Shown here: piece after piece, positions 26,939-34,486 of the stretch
Numbering within the stretch: position 1 is the first letter of the stretch
How the letters are laid out: each line of letters opens with the position of its first letter
Origin: Desulfobacterales bacterium
GTDB lineage: Bacteria > Desulfobacterota > Desulfobacteria > Desulfobacterales > 4be13
Direction of reading: 5' to 3'
Assembly (NCBI GenBank): GCA_029940115.1
Contig: JAOZRQ010000004.1
Coordinates: 1 to 35,915, forward strand
Length of the DNA: 35,915 nucleotides
The notes under the pieces: model-generated
Databases searched by the model: none
Told to the model about the DNA's origin: nothing
Seen by the model: the letters and a program-made list of their open reading frames with translations, nothing else
Translations under genes and position numbers: made by a program

Positions 26939-26986
26939 GAGGATGAAGAATGAAGTTTGAAGAATGAAAGATGAAAGGAAACGCAG

Positions 26987-27742
26987 ATGAAGCTCGCAAT
27001 CAGCGGCAAGGGAGGCGTCGGCAAGACCACCCTCGCCGCCCTGCTCGCACGGACATACAGCCAGCAAGGCAGGCAAGTCCTCGCCATAGATGCGGATCCC
27101 GACGCCAATCTCGGAGCCGCGCTCGGAATTGAGGGGGCGGACCAGATGATCCCAATATCCGAGATGAAGGATCTCATATATGAGCGGACAGAGGCAAGAC
27201 CCGGGACCATCGGCGGCTTCTTCAAGCTGAACCCCAAAGTGGATGATCTGCCCGAAGCGTTGACCGTGAAGCATGAGAACATCCGTCTCATGCGGCTCGG
27301 GGGGATCAAAAAAGGGGGGGCCGGTTGCATCTGCCCCGAAAGCACCCTTCTGAAGGCACTCGTCACTCACATTGTGCTGGCGAGGGATGAGGTGGTGGTC
27401 ATGGACATGGAGGCCGGCATCGAGCATCTCGGCAGGGCCACCGCCCGGGCAGTGGACCCCCTGATCGTCGTGGTGGAGCCGGGCCGCCGCAGTCTGGAGA
27501 CAGCCGGACACATCCGAAAGCTCGCGAATGAGATCGGATTGCCGAACATCGCGGTGGTGGGAAACAAAATCCGAGGGCAGGCGGACCAAGACTTCCTGGA
27601 GACGCACCTCCCCGATTTCAGATTTCTCGGATTCCTGCCATATGACGACGCGTTCATCGAAGCCGACCTCAGGGGATGCTCGCCGTATGACACCCCATCC
27701 CCCGCAAAGGCCCAAGTTGAAAAGATGCTCTGCAAGCTGTAA
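26987..27742 (+). CDS. cooC: CooC/AcsF-type nickel-insertion ATPase (MinD/ParA superfamily)
   Basis: The deviant Walker A is KLAISGKGGVGKTTLAALLA. The CooC-type CxC motif is 'GAGCICPE'. The length of 251 aa is typical. Confidence 0.85.
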   Translation: MKLAISGKGGVGKTTLAALLARTYSQQGRQVLAIDADPDANLGAALGIEGADQMIPISEMKDLIYERTEARPGTIGGFFKLNPKVDDLPEALTVKHENIRLMRLGGIKKGGAGCICPESTLLKALVTHIVLARDEVVVMDMEAGIEHLGRATARAVDPLIVVVEPGRRSLETAGHIRKLANEIGLPNIAVVGNKIRGQADQDFLETHLPDFRFLGFLPYDDAFIEADLRGCSPYDTPSPAKAQVEKMLCKL

Positions 27743-27758
27743 GCGACTTACAGCTTGC
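27732..27758 (+). terminator. Perfect 12-bp stem-loop overlapping the cooC stop codon; terminator or RNA-stability hairpin candidate
   Basis: 'gcaagctgtaag' (27732-27743), loop 'cga', 'cttacagcttgc' (27747-27758). No T-run follows. Confidence 0.4.
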
Positions 27759-27764
27759 AAATTG

Positions 27765-27826
27765 CAACTTACAGCTCACAGCTCACAGCTCACAACTTAC
27801 AGCTCACAACTCACAACTTACAGATT
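27765..27826. repeat. Heptamer array (TTACAGC/TCACAGC/TCACAAC) just upstream of the helicase start
   Basis: Direct read: 'aacttacagctcacagctcacagctcacaacttacagctcacaactcacaacttacag'. Confidence 0.85.
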
Positions 27827-27837
27827 ACCGCTTGATT

Positions 27838-29997
27838 ATGCACAGAAAAGATGCCACGCGGCGCACCCCATACAGAAGAACCCGCAAAAAAAAGGCCGAG
27901 GCCCCCAAGATACCCAAAATCAGACCCGGTGCCCATCCCGAACTGAAAAAGGTCTTCGGGACCGTCGGCATACCGGAGAAGACGGCTTTCACCCCTGATC
28001 CCTTCCAGATGGCCGCGGTCGAAGCCGTTGAGAAGGGGGACTGCCTCGTCACCGCACCGACCGGGGCCGGCAAGACCTGGATCGCGGAACAGGCCATCGC
28101 CCGAATCCGGGAAAAAGGGGGGAGATCCTGGTACGCGTCCCCCCTCAAAGCCCTGAGCAACTCGAAATACGCCGAGTTCTGCGAGATATTCGGCGTCAAC
28201 AACGTCGGCATTCTCACCGGCGACCGAAAGGAGAAACCCCGAGCGTCCCTGATCGTCGGAACCACGGAAATCCTGCGCAATCAGCTCTATGACGCCATGA
28301 GCCGCGGGGAGGACCTCGCGGCCGACTTCGTCATCCTCGACGAGGCCCATTTCCTCGGAGACCCCGACAGGGGCGTGGTATGGGAGGAAATCATGATCTA
28401 CCTCCCCGCCCGCATCCCCCTCCTCATGCTTTCGGCAACCATCGGAAACGCGGACCAGATCGCCGGCTGGCTCTCGGAAATGCGGGAAAAGGAATGCATC
28501 GTGGTCCAGGAGACCTGCCGACCCGTGCCCCTGTATCCGATATTCTTCCACCCTTCGGGTACCCTGCTCCCTCTCCTCTCGGAGAGCGACGAGGAGACCC
28601 AAAGCTCTCCCCGACATCCTTCATCTCGGGGGTCTCGGGGAAAGGCATCGGGGAAGCTCCACAAGAAGGTCGACGCGCACATCACCGACAAGAACCCCTC
28701 CGTGCTCGCCGCGGACCGGAGCCTGCCCCCCCTCGGCAGAATACTCGAGGTGCTGAAGTCCTTCCACCTGACCCCCGCCATCTTCTTTCTCAAGTCACGG
28801 GCCGACTGCGACCATGCCCTCAGCCTCTGCAAGACCCCTCCCCCGGATGACGACCGGAAGCAGAGGCGCAGCCTGAGAATCCGGGATCTCGCCTCGCAAA
28901 GCGGGCACATCGCCAACCATCGCCACCTCTGGGAGATCGAGAACCTCGCGGCCGCATCCCATCACAGCGGTCAGCTCCCCGCGTGGAAGCTCGTGATCGA
29001 GTCCCTCATGACCGATGGCCTCCTCGACGTGGTCTTCGCCACCTCCACCGTGGCCGCGGGTGTCAACTTCCCGGCCCGCACCATCGTGTTCCTCAACTCG
29101 GACCGGTTCAACGGCAAGGAGTTTCTCCCCCTCAGTCCCACCGAGTTTCATCAGATGACCGGAAGGGCCGGCCGCCGAGGGATGGACAAGATCGGCTTTG
29201 CGGTCGCCATTCCGGGAAGATTCATGGATGTCCGTCTCATCGCCCGGCTCACCAGCGCCTCCCCCTCCCATGTGTTGAGCCAGATCAAGATCAACTTCTC
29301 CATGGTGCTGAACCTGCTCCTCTCCCACTCTCCGGACCAGATTGAGGAGATCCTGAAAAAATCCTTTGCCACTTATATGATCGTGAAGGGGAAGCGCACC
29401 CGCAAGGCCCAGCGCCTCATCGGAAACGAGCACAGGCTCCTCTGGCAGAACTTCCTCAACCACTTCCACTTCCTCCGGGAGTCCGGATATGTCACCGAGG
29501 CCGGCGATCTCACCCCTGACGGCGTCTGGGCCTCCCAGCTTCGGGTGGATCAGCCCTTGATGATCGCCGAGGGGTTCCGGCTCGGCGTCTTTCCCGACGC
29601 GGACCCCGCCCTCCTTGCTGCCGTGATCGCCTCCCTCGTGAACGAGGAGGAGTCCAACGACCGGATCCCCAAGCGGCAGATTCCCGATGCCCTGCTCAGG
29701 ACCATGCTCCATGTCCGAAAGGGGCTCAGACCCTTTGCCAAGCAGATGATCCTGAATGGTTTCGAGCCACGGGTCCTCTTCCTCCGCCCTGCCCTCACCC
29801 TATACGCGTGGGCCATGGGGTCTGAATGGGAGGATCTGCTCGCGTTTTCCGAAATGGCCGAAGGGAACCTCGCCATGCTCATCTTTCGCACCGCCGACAA
29901 CCTCAGACACATCCGGGCCCTCGACCATGTGTTCCCAAAAGCCGCCGCCACCGCCGCCCGAGTCATCGAACAGATCATCCGGGACCCGGTCATCTGA
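27838..29997 (+). CDS. Ski2-like (HelY/Mtr4-type) DExH-box SF2 helicase with a basic N-terminal extension
   Basis: Motif I is TAPTGAGKTWIAE, motif II is ILDEAHFLGD, motif III is LSATIGN and motif VI is HQMTGRAGRRGMD. The C-terminal region has the Ski2 arch/DSHCT-like length. ATG at 27838 is preferred over the TTG at 27832. No obvious RBS. Confidence 0.85.
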   Translation: MHRKDATRRTPYRRTRKKKAEAPKIPKIRPGAHPELKKVFGTVGIPEKTAFTPDPFQMAAVEAVEKGDCLVTAPTGAGKTWIAEQAIARIREKGGRSWYASPLKALSNSKYAEFCEIFGVNNVGILTGDRKEKPRASLIVGTTEILRNQLYDAMSRGEDLAADFVILDEAHFLGDPDRGVVWEEIMIYLPARIPLLMLSATIGNADQIAGWLSEMREKECIVVQETCRPVPLYPIFFHPSGTLLPLLSESDEETQSSPRHPSSRGSRGKASGKLHKKVDAHITDKNPSVLAADRSLPPLGRILEVLKSFHLTPAIFFLKSRADCDHALSLCKTPPPDDDRKQRRSLRIRDLASQSGHIANHRHLWEIENLAAASHHSGQLPAWKLVIESLMTDGLLDVVFATSTVAAGVNFPARTIVFLNSDRFNGKEFLPLSPTEFHQMTGRAGRRGMDKIGFAVAIPGRFMDVRLIARLTSASPSHVLSQIKINFSMVLNLLLSHSPDQIEEILKKSFATYMIVKGKRTRKAQRLIGNEHRLLWQNFLNHFHFLRESGYVTEAGDLTPDGVWASQLRVDQPLMIAEGFRLGVFPDADPALLAAVIASLVNEEESNDRIPKRQIPDALLRTMLHVRKGLRPFAKQMILNGFEPRVLFLRPALTLYAWAMGSEWEDLLAFSEMAEGNLAMLIFRTADNLRHIRALDHVFPKAAATAARVIEQIIRDPVI

Positions 29998-30078
29998 AGG
30001 ATTAAGGGCTAAGGGCTAAGGGATTAAGGGTTAATCCCTAACCCCTTAACCCTTCATCCCTAACCCCTTAATCCTTCT
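29998..30078. repeat. Inverted heptamer arrays, (TAAGGGC)n and (TAACCCC)n, forming a hairpin between two convergent genes
   Basis: 'attaagggctaagggctaagggattaagggttaatccctaaccccttaacccttcatccctaaccccttaatcc'. The central stem 'agggattaa' / 'ttaatccct' has 9 bp. The right arm encodes the last residues (..KGLGMKG) and the stop of the 30046 gene. Confidence 0.85.
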
Positions 30079-31965
30079 AAGAGCCAGTTCCACAATCCGG
30101 TTGATCAGACGGGCGATGTCCCAAGTTGAGGCGGGGTCGAGTTCCGCGGCACCCAAGGCCGGGATCACCGCCTTGTCGCCGAAAATGTCATACTCCCGGG
30201 TGTGGAACGAGCGGATCGGGTCCACCCCGCGGGCATCCTCCTTCGGATGAAACAGGTAAAGGGAGATCACTGGCGACTGCCCCCCCTTCTTTCCGCTGAT
30301 GCCATGGACATAGCGCATCACCAGCATCGGAAGCTTCTCAAAGAAGACCGTGTCCGGCGGAGAGTACTTCGCGTCAAACACCGCAAGCAGACACGCGCCG
30401 GATCCGGCCCCCCGATCCTCCCGAATCTCGAAGATGTAATCCGGCACCCGCTTCGCATTGGCCCCCTTCCTGCGGTACGACTCCCACACCCACCCCTCCA
30501 CATTGAAGTGGCGATCCTCACCAGAGCCGCCATGCCTCGGGGACCATATCTCCTTCTCATAGCAAAGGGTCAGGGAGACGTGGCCTCTGCGGAACTCGTA
30601 TCGGTGGCGGGGGCGAGGAGCGAGGAGCGAGGAGTCGGGGGACGGGGCCGGTTCCTCCCCTTGCCCCTCAGCCTCACCCTGACGTCGGAACCCCGCCTTC
30701 TCAAGCCCGTCAATCAGGCGGTACAGACAGAAGTATTCATACAGCTCGTCAATCGAGCGGACCCCTGCCAAGGCCTCCTCATCGGACCAGTCCGCACTCC
30801 CCATCTGATACCAGCGGATGATCTTCTCAAAGAGCACCCGATAATGGGCATTCGCCTTGACCCAAGGGGTCATGGAGGGGGCCGACGACATCAGCCGGCC
30901 GACCGGGATCCGCTCCTCCGCGACGCTCATCAGGTAGTTGCACCGCTCCAGCATCCGGTCGCACTTCGTCTTCCGGCCCCTGAACAGTTCCCGCATGGAC
31001 GTCTTGATCTCCCTTGAGAAGCTCACATACCTCCCCGCATCCCCGTGCCGCCCCTTCCCTTCATCCGTATGCCAAGCGTCCGGATCCGGCCCTTGGGACT
31101 CGATCCGGTCACACGCCTTCCGAATCTCCACGAGAAACGTCTTGATGTTGTTCAGAAAGCTGTGCAACACCCGATTCTCATACACATCGCTGTCCTCAAC
31201 CAGTTCGCTCACCTCCAGCCGGCTCGCGGTGTAGGCCCGGTTGTCAATCACCGCGACCGCCTCGTCAGGCATGGCTGCCGGGACCAGGATGTCGAGATGG
31301 GAGAGGAGCCACTCCGCCGTGTTCGCGTCAAAGCAGTCCCCAGGCCTTGGCATCCGCACCACCCGTCGCGGCACCAGCCGGGTGCAGTGCTTTCCCAAAA
31401 GAACCGGCAGATGCCGCTCAAACAGGACCAGCCCCTCCTCGGCCTCCTTCATCAGCGTCGTCACATTCCGCCGCTGCTTTCCCGCGGACACTTGGGTCAC
31501 GCTGAAGATCGACCCCGGCAGGTCATCCATCCGGGACGCCAGATAGGAGATGATCTCCCGAAGCCGGTCCGCCGTGATCTTCCTCGCCCTCACCTCAAAG
31601 GGCCGCAGCTCGATCCAGAGCCGGCCCCCGTCCTTTCGCCTCACCTCCACATCCAACTGGCAGGAGCCAAAACAGTTCAGAAAGAAGGCCTGATATCGGT
31701 TGAACCCCCTCGACTCCGGATGCCAGAGATAGATCACCTTGTTGCTCAACCGCTTGCAATCCGACGGCGGCTTGGGCAGATCCGAAATCCAGAGCACCGG
31801 ATTCTCCATGTATGCCGGTGCCACAAGCATGAAGCAGATCTCCTCATCCTCCTGAATCCAAGCGCACGGCGCCGCCTTGGTCAGCTCCTCCTGAGGGGGG
31901 ATCTCAATCCGCTCCCCCTGCCTCGCGCCGGCCAGCACCTTGATGTAAAATCTGAAATCTTCCAT
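30046..31965 (-). CDS. McrC-like partner protein: DUF2357-like central region plus a C-terminal PD-(D/E)xK nuclease motif
   Basis: C-terminal 'VPDYIFEIRED...ACLLAVFDAKYS' (nt about 30364-30450) fits D...(D/E)xK. The gene lies 98 nt downstream of, and is co-directional with, the McrB-like NTPase. ATG at 31965 is preferred because the track start (GTG at 32019) is encoded by heptamer repeats. The start remains uncertain. Confidence 0.7.
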   Translation of the reverse strand: MEDFRFYIKVLAGARQGERIEIPPQEELTKAAPCAWIQEDEEICFMLVAPAYMENPVLWISDLPKPPSDCKRLSNKVIYLWHPESRGFNRYQAFFLNCFGSCQLDVEVRRKDGGRLWIELRPFEVRARKITADRLREIISYLASRMDDLPGSIFSVTQVSAGKQRRNVTTLMKEAEEGLVLFERHLPVLLGKHCTRLVPRRVVRMPRPGDCFDANTAEWLLSHLDILVPAAMPDEAVAVIDNRAYTASRLEVSELVEDSDVYENRVLHSFLNNIKTFLVEIRKACDRIESQGPDPDAWHTDEGKGRHGDAGRYVSFSREIKTSMRELFRGRKTKCDRMLERCNYLMSVAEERIPVGRLMSSAPSMTPWVKANAHYRVLFEKIIRWYQMGSADWSDEEALAGVRSIDELYEYFCLYRLIDGLEKAGFRRQGEAEGQGEEPAPSPDSSLLAPRPRHRYEFRRGHVSLTLCYEKEIWSPRHGGSGEDRHFNVEGWVWESYRRKGANAKRVPDYIFEIREDRGAGSGACLLAVFDAKYSPPDTVFFEKLPMLVMRYVHGISGKKGGQSPVISLYLFHPKEDARGVDPIRSFHTREYDIFGDKAVIPALGAAELDPASTWDIARLINRIVELALRRIKGLGMKG

Positions 31966-32063
31966 GATATGAAGGATGAAGGATGAAGTCTGAAGTCTGA
32001 AGGATGAAGTCTTCATCACTCATCCCTCATCTCTCATCCCTCATCCTTTCCTTTCGCCCGTTG
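31966..32063. repeat. Inverted heptamer arrays (GAAGGAT/GAAGTCT versus TCATCCC/TCATCTC) filling the spacer between the McrB-like and McrC-like genes
   Basis: 'gatatgaaggatgaaggatgaagtctgaagtctgaaggatgaagtcttcatcactcatccctcatctctcatccctcatcc' is centred on 'gaagtcttc'. Confidence 0.85.
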
Positions 32064-34469
32064 TCAGCTGAAAAATGAGTAAGAGTTGTGAGTCTGTTTC
32101 CCGGCCTCAATAATGCGGCGGAGAATCCTCGCGGAGCGATAGAGGGAGTTGTCGGTGGTCACCTCCAAGAGCTTCTCGAGCCGCCTGCCAAACCCGGTTC
32201 CGTATCCCTCGATCATCGGAAGGATGAACTGGGCCGTCGCGAAGTCAATCGCCTGGTCATTGACAAGGATGTCCCTCGCAATCGTGCAGTAACGTCTGAT
32301 GGCATAGTATTTCCTCGGACTGATCACCACAAAGGACGCGCCATCAAAGTCGGACGTCTCGGTCTGGAGAATCTCGATGATCTCCTTCACGATCTCCGCC
32401 TCCTTGCTCGCAAAATCCTCCTCATCGGAACCCGCGAAGAATGCCTGCATCCTCTCAAAGAGAAGCGCCCCGTCGGGCCTCATCCGGTTGCTGCTCAACG
32501 GATTCGAATACTCATAGCTCGGCTCCATCTGGATCACCGGAACCCGGTCGATCAGTCGGGGGGAGAGCCGCTCGGTGGTGTTGTCGTTGTTCACCGTGCC
32601 AATGAACCGCACAGATGGGCCGACATGGAGGAACCGATCCTTGTCGAGACAGCCGGTGTCGAGGTTCCGCTCCCCCTCGGGATCGCACATCCCGAGAAAG
32701 TCGGCCCAATAATGCTCAATTGGCGACAGGTTCGCCTCGTCGAGCAGCACCCAGCGGGAAAACCGGCCGACCTGCGGGTCGGTCCGGGTGAGATGGAGAA
32801 AGTCGTACAACCCGGTCCTCGCCTTCTGATATTGGCTCCGAAGCGGATTGAAATACCCGAGTATGTCCCGCTGGGACGTCCACCCCCGGGAGACCGGGAT
32901 TTTGAGCAGATTCTCCGAATTCCCCAATGCCTCCCCGAGATAATGGATCACCGACGTCTTGCCAGTGCCCGGCGGGCCGGCGAGTATGGTCAGAAAGCTC
33001 TGCTGCATGCAGATCAGCAGGTTGGCGATCTCGTCCGATGTGTAGTTTCTCCCGCACTGCTCCACCAGATATTCCCGGATTTTGTCCACAAAGTCCTTCC
33101 GATTCCCGTCAAACTCCCTCACCGCAGGCATGGCGACACCTGACTCGCCATCATCCCTCTCCTCCAATGTGTAGCTGCCGTTGAGCAGGTCCAAATACGT
33201 CTTGATCTCCGTGAGCCTCTCTTTGATGTCCTCTGCCTTCAGTCTCTTTATCTCGGTCTCGATCTTCTTCTTGTTCAGCTTCATGAATTCAATCTCTTTG
33301 TACAGGTTCTCCGCCTGTATCAGCTTCCCGATTCTCTCCTCCAACGCCCGGAGTTCCCGGGTGCGCTCCTCCTCATATCGCGTCTTCTCCTCCTTCTTCC
33401 TCTTGTCGAGCTCCTCGATCTCCCGGTTGAGCTGGTCCTTCTGGGCCCGGAGGAAATAGAGCTCCCGCCTGATCTTCACCGCCTCCTTCTCGGCCCTTTC
33501 CTCTATGTGCTTCAGATGATCCTTGAAAAACTTCTCCTTGTTGTCCTGCAAATACTGCTCCACAATCACGCGGCCCTCGGTCTCGTTGGTCAGGAAGTTG
33601 TTGATGAACGAGGCCTGCTGCACACCGGCCTCGAGTATCTTCGGCATCAGGCGGATCAGCCGGTCCCTCCGCTCCTGATCCATGCCGGTGAGGTGCTTCA
33701 GGTTTTTGATCGCCTCAAGCCACTCGGTCACGGTCTTCCGATTCAGTTTCGCTGTCCCGGATCGGAGCAGATACTTGTTCCCCCATGTCACCAGCCGGTC
33801 GTCGGAGATGTAGTCCTGCTGCTCATACGCCGCCGCCTTCAGCAGGTTGGTGTTGAACAGATACGCGACCGGCGGCCGGCTCAGGCTGCTTTTCAGGGTC
33901 TCGAACTCGATGATGTAGTGTCGCACCTCCTCGGTCCTCACCTTGAACACATGGTCGGGCCGGAGTCCGAGCAACGGCGACTGGGCCGCACTCAGCCGGA
34001 TCCCCTCGTCATCCTTTGTCCATTCAAACGGGCCATAGATGCTTGTGCCGTCGTTGACAAAGACCGAACGGTTCGGCAGGGGCCCCCCGGAACTCAGATA
34101 GGGCCGCTCCACGTCCGGCAACGGCTCCTTGATGATGGGACAGAGCTCGAATCGCTTCAGCGCCTCCGCATCCGATCCCCTCATCCAGTATTTCTCAAGA
34201 TAGTCGTTCTCTATGTATGCCTCATTCTCATCCGCACTGTAGCGGTTCACCCGGAAAAACTCATGGTCGGAAAACCGCCGGTCTATCGCCTCGTATTCGC
34301 TCGACACCCAAATCCGGCCGTTGTTCGGAAAATCGCAACGATCCGCCGGGGCATACGTGCTGTTCTCCAACTCATGGGCTATGGGTATCACAAACCCGCC
34401 GCTCGTTGAGATGGGACGGTCCTTCAACGCCAGCAAGGGCTTGAACTCATTCATCTTCGTTCTCTCCAT
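32064..34469 (-). CDS. McrB-like AAA+ (AAA_5) NTPase with a long N-terminal coiled coil and an unassigned N-terminal domain
   Basis: Walker A is ILAGPPGTGKTS (about 32953-32980) and Walker B is WVLLDEANLSPIEHYWADFL (about 32729-32750). 'RFIGTVNNDNTTERLSPRLIDRV' (about 32560-32610) is also present. The preceding K/E/R-rich heptad region runs from EERAEKEAVKIRRELYFLRAQKDQLNREIEELDKRKKEEKTRYEEERTRELRALEERIGKL to IKERLTEIKTYLDLL (about 33185-33510). ATG at 34469 has 'ggaga' 8 nt upstream. An alternative ATG is at 34454. The track start at 34538 lies in repeats. Confidence 0.8.
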   Translation of the reverse strand: MERTKMNEFKPLLALKDRPISTSGGFVIPIAHELENSTYAPADRCDFPNNGRIWVSSEYEAIDRRFSDHEFFRVNRYSADENEAYIENDYLEKYWMRGSDAEALKRFELCPIIKEPLPDVERPYLSSGGPLPNRSVFVNDGTSIYGPFEWTKDDEGIRLSAAQSPLLGLRPDHVFKVRTEEVRHYIIEFETLKSSLSRPPVAYLFNTNLLKAAAYEQQDYISDDRLVTWGNKYLLRSGTAKLNRKTVTEWLEAIKNLKHLTGMDQERRDRLIRLMPKILEAGVQQASFINNFLTNETEGRVIVEQYLQDNKEKFFKDHLKHIEERAEKEAVKIRRELYFLRAQKDQLNREIEELDKRKKEEKTRYEEERTRELRALEERIGKLIQAENLYKEIEFMKLNKKKIETEIKRLKAEDIKERLTEIKTYLDLLNGSYTLEERDDGESGVAMPAVREFDGNRKDFVDKIREYLVEQCGRNYTSDEIANLLICMQQSFLTILAGPPGTGKTSVIHYLGEALGNSENLLKIPVSRGWTSQRDILGYFNPLRSQYQKARTGLYDFLHLTRTDPQVGRFSRWVLLDEANLSPIEHYWADFLGMCDPEGERNLDTGCLDKDRFLHVGPSVRFIGTVNNDNTTERLSPRLIDRVPVIQMEPSYEYSNPLSSNRMRPDGALLFERMQAFFAGSDEEDFASKEAEIVKEIIEILQTETSDFDGASFVVISPRKYYAIRRYCTIARDILVNDQAIDFATAQFILPMIEGYGTGFGRRLEKLLEVTTDNSLYRSARILRRIIEAGKQTHNSYSFFS

Positions 34470-34486
34470 GCATGAATCTCCGTTTT

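Noticed and set aside
26987-27742. cooC as a marker of a CODH/ACS gene cluster in this window
   Set aside because: No CODH or ACS subunit genes are present on either side. The gene is isolated between repeat-filled spacers.
26705-27760. 351-aa minus-strand ORF
   Set aside because: It is antisense to cooC and runs through MITE sequence.
27811-29712. Minus-strand ORFs of 268 and 305 aa
   Set aside because: They are antisense shadows of the Ski2-like helicase in GC-rich coding sequence.
27838-31965. Helicase plus PD-(D/E)xK neighbour as a Hachiman-like pair
   Set aside because: The genes are convergent, not co-transcribed. The nuclease-motif protein is clearly partnered with the McrB-like NTPase and resembles McrC/DUF2357 rather than a HamA-type protein.
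31045-34409. Plus-strand ORFs of 313, 351 and 300 aa (31045-31986, 32088-33143, 33507-34409)
   Set aside because: They are antisense shadows of the McrC-like and McrB-like genes. They have Arg/Pro/Leu-rich composition and no motifs.
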